DNA of 63,512 bases, the filler included, from Octopus bimaculoides (Eukaryota), in NCBI RefSeq assembly GCF_001194135.2. It is 5 parts of 4 records of this genome, joined end to end, with 100 filler letters (N's around TTAATTAATTAA, not from the genome) between each part and the next. Parts side by side here need not be neighbours in the genome. Positions count along the whole stretch, not along the records: positions 60,160 to 63,512 come from NC_069003.1; 4 more parts are not named here. The stretch is one strand, 5' to 3'. Positions 61,446 through 63,512 of this stretch are shown here, one piece after another. A program made the position numbers and the translations under genes. Every line of letters begins with the position of its first letter. Within the stretch, counting starts at the first letter, position 1. Under the pieces are notes generated by a model. That model was not told the origin of the DNA and searched no databases. It saw nothing but the letters and a program-made list of their open reading frames with translations.

Positions 61446-62520
61446 TTGTGTGTGTTTATGTGTGTGTGAATCTGCGTATCTGTATTTGTGTATTTCTATA
61501 TGTGTGTGTGTGTGTGTGTGTGGGGTGTTTTTGTGAATGTTTGTGTGTTTCTAGGAATGCGTGTGTGTCTGTGTGAATGAGTGTGTGTGTGTATTTGTGT
61601 ATCTGCGAGTCAATGTATCTCTATGTATCTGCAAATGTGTGTGTGTCAGTGTATCTGTGTGTATCTGCGAATATGCATGCGTGTGTGTGTGTTTGAATGT
61701 GTCTGGGTGTATATGTAAACGTGTGTGTGTTTGTGTATACGTGTGTCTATCTGTCAGTATATCGGTGTCTATCTGTGAATATGTATACGTGTGTGTGTGT
61801 GTATCTGTGAACATGCATTTATGTGTATGTGAGTGTGTCCCCTGTGTCAATGTGTCAGGGTGTATCTGTGAACGTGTGCGTGAGTGTATCTGTGAACATG
61901 CATGTGTGTGTGTGAGTGTGACTTCGTGTCAATGTGTCTGGGTGTATCTGTGAACGTGTGCGTGTTTGTGTATCCGTGTGTGTATCTGTCAGTATATCAG
62001 TGTGCATCTGTGAATATGTATACGTGTATGTGTGTGTGTGTGTATCTGTGAATACGCATGTGTATGTGTGTGTGTGTGTCTGTGTGTGTATCTGTGAATA
62101 CGCATGTGTGTGTGTGTGTCTGTGTGTGCCTCTGTGTCGATGTGTCTGGGTGTATCTGTGAACGTCTGTGTGAGTGTATGTGAACATGCATGTGTGTGTG
62201 TGTGAGTGTGACTCAGTGTCAATGTGTCTGGGTGTAACTGTGAACGTGTGTGTCTGTGTGTGTTTGTGTATCCGCGTGTGTATTTGTCAGTATAGCAGTG
62301 TGCATCTGTGAATATGTATACGTGTATGTGTATGTGTGTATCTGTGAATACGCATGTGTGTGTGTGTGTGTGTGTACCCCTGTCTGTGTCAGTGTATCTG
62401 GGTGTATCTGTGAATGTGTGCCTGTGTATCCGTGTGTCTATTTGTCAGTAATCGTGAGTGTATCTGTGAATGTTCATGTGTGCGTATGTTTGTGTGTGTG
62501 TCTGTGTGATTATATGTTCC
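61415..62520 (+). repeat. Complex GT-rich satellite with higher-order units
   Basis: Recurring gtgtcaatgtgtctgggtgtatctgtgaacgtg and tgtcagtat...atctgtgaatatgtatacgtg blocks. Confidence 0.85.
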
Positions 62521-62651
62521 TGTGTGTGCGCACGCGTGCCATAGTGTCTACGCGTCTGTGTTTCTATGTATGTGTGTTCCTCTCTCTCTTTCTCTCTCTC
62601 TTTATTTCTCTCTCTTTCTCCTCCCCCTCTCTCTCTCCGTTTCTTTTTCAG

Positions 62652-62810
62652 TAAATTCGCCAGCTCTGGAGGAAGTCGTGGAGGCGGTGGCCTCCACGAA
62701 TAGAAAGAGGAAGGTGAGCAGCGGTGGTTACTCACCAGGAGAAATAGAGGTTGCGGGAGAGGAGGAGGACATCTCGAGTGTGCCGAAGGATGCCCCGACC
62801 CCCGCAACCG
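62652..62810 (+). CDS. Candidate exon, acidic low-complexity peptide with NLS-like RKRK
   Basis: Long (CT)n tract ending tttcag; open frame xNSPALEEVVEAVASTNRKRKVSSGGYSPGEIEVAGEEEDISSVPKDAPTPAT; possible donor CCG|GTAAAA at 62811. Confidence 0.45.
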
Positions 62811-62893
62811 GTAAAAGAAAAAAAAAAGAAAAGGAGAAACGGGAGACGGTCGGCGGACGTGCTGCCGACCGAACCCGAGGCCTCTCCGATGAG

Positions 62894-63270
62894 AAGTTTT
62901 CCCGGAGAGGAAAACTCTGCCATCGGGAATTGTGCCGATGACAGAGTGGCGTGACGTCCCTCCCAGTGAGGATAATGATTATATTATCATGTACTATGAG
63001 GGAGAGGCGGTGAATGAATTCTTGGACCGCGAGTGCGGCCAAGATAAGAGCTACTCGGATTGTGCGAGTAGTTCCACATGGCGTCCGCAGTCACCTGCGG
63101 AGGTTCTAAATGACAACATATTGGCAAAAGTCATAGAAAAATATAACCATAAAGATTTCTTCTACCTCGCCGCAAATTCAGGCCTAACAATAGAAACTTG
63201 TTTGGCAGGGGCAGCATATCTGCTTGCGGAGGGTTGGAATGAGGAAAATTGTGATATTTTTAATTGTTAA
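62894..63270 (+). CDS. Candidate terminal exon of an unidentified protein
   Basis: Frame is open 62893-63270 (VFPERKTLPSGIVPMTEW...LAEGWNEENCDIFNC*), GC/CpG-rich, followed by AT-rich sequence and AATAAA at 63492. The acceptor at 62892-62893 is weak. Confidence 0.4.
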
Positions 63271-63491
63271 TATATTGAAATTGTGGAAAAATTGTAATCT
63301 TAAAAGGAAAAAAAAAAGAACAATGTTTTCGAGGGGTTATCAGTCGGCGGACGCTGGTGCCTCTCTCATTATTTGTTTCATCCTTATCACCCTCATCTCA
63401 TTAATGTCCATGTCCAGCCTGCAGCTACTTCATGTTTGTCTGTCTTTGTCTGTCCCCTCTATGTAACGCCGTTAATGACGAAATTTATTGA

Positions 63492-63497
63492 AATAAA
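63492..63497 (+). promoter_or_regulatory. Possible polyadenylation signal AATAAA
   Basis: AATAAA about 220 bp after the 63270 stop; such hexamers are common in AT-rich DNA. Confidence 0.25.
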
Positions 63498-63512
63498 GTA
63501 GCTTGCTTACCA

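Noticed and set aside
60551-61576. Longest ORFs in the track (poly-Ser, poly-X, CV/HT/IY repeats)
   Set aside because: They are translations of microsatellites and N gaps.
1-63512. CRISPR array or prokaryotic operon
   Set aside because: No regularly spaced repeat-spacer array; the DNA is intron- and TE-rich eukaryotic sequence.

Overview
AT-rich eukaryotic draft-assembly DNA with many N gaps, very dense microsatellites and abundant tRNA-derived SINEs. The repeat landscape resembles coleoid cephalopod (Octopus-like) genomes; this assignment is my inference from the repeat types, not a database result. The best-supported host coding sequence is two minus-strand exons (57743-57895 and 57151-57253) that splice in frame to give the N-terminal half of a MAM domain. 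Several plus-strand exon candidates have no recognisable product (48280-48482, 62652-63270, 26489-26574, acceptor at 15883). The rest is decayed mobile DNA: Penelope-like elements (RT plus GIY-YIG), R4/Dong-type LINEs with a restriction-like endonuclease, RTE LINE ends, two mariner fragments and three SINE families. The most notable unannotated signal is eight hammerhead-ribozyme-like motifs from several unrelated short repeat families and Penelope ends, one nearly complete (53472-53575, minus strand). Also notable are two stacked R4-like LINEs flanked by a duplicated SINE-plus-flank, and a 198-bp 98% identical duplication starting at a splice acceptor. Several features are assembly artefacts (six-frame-stop gap linkers, duplicated contig ends). 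No prokaryotic systems, CRISPR arrays, rRNA or genuine tRNA genes were seen.
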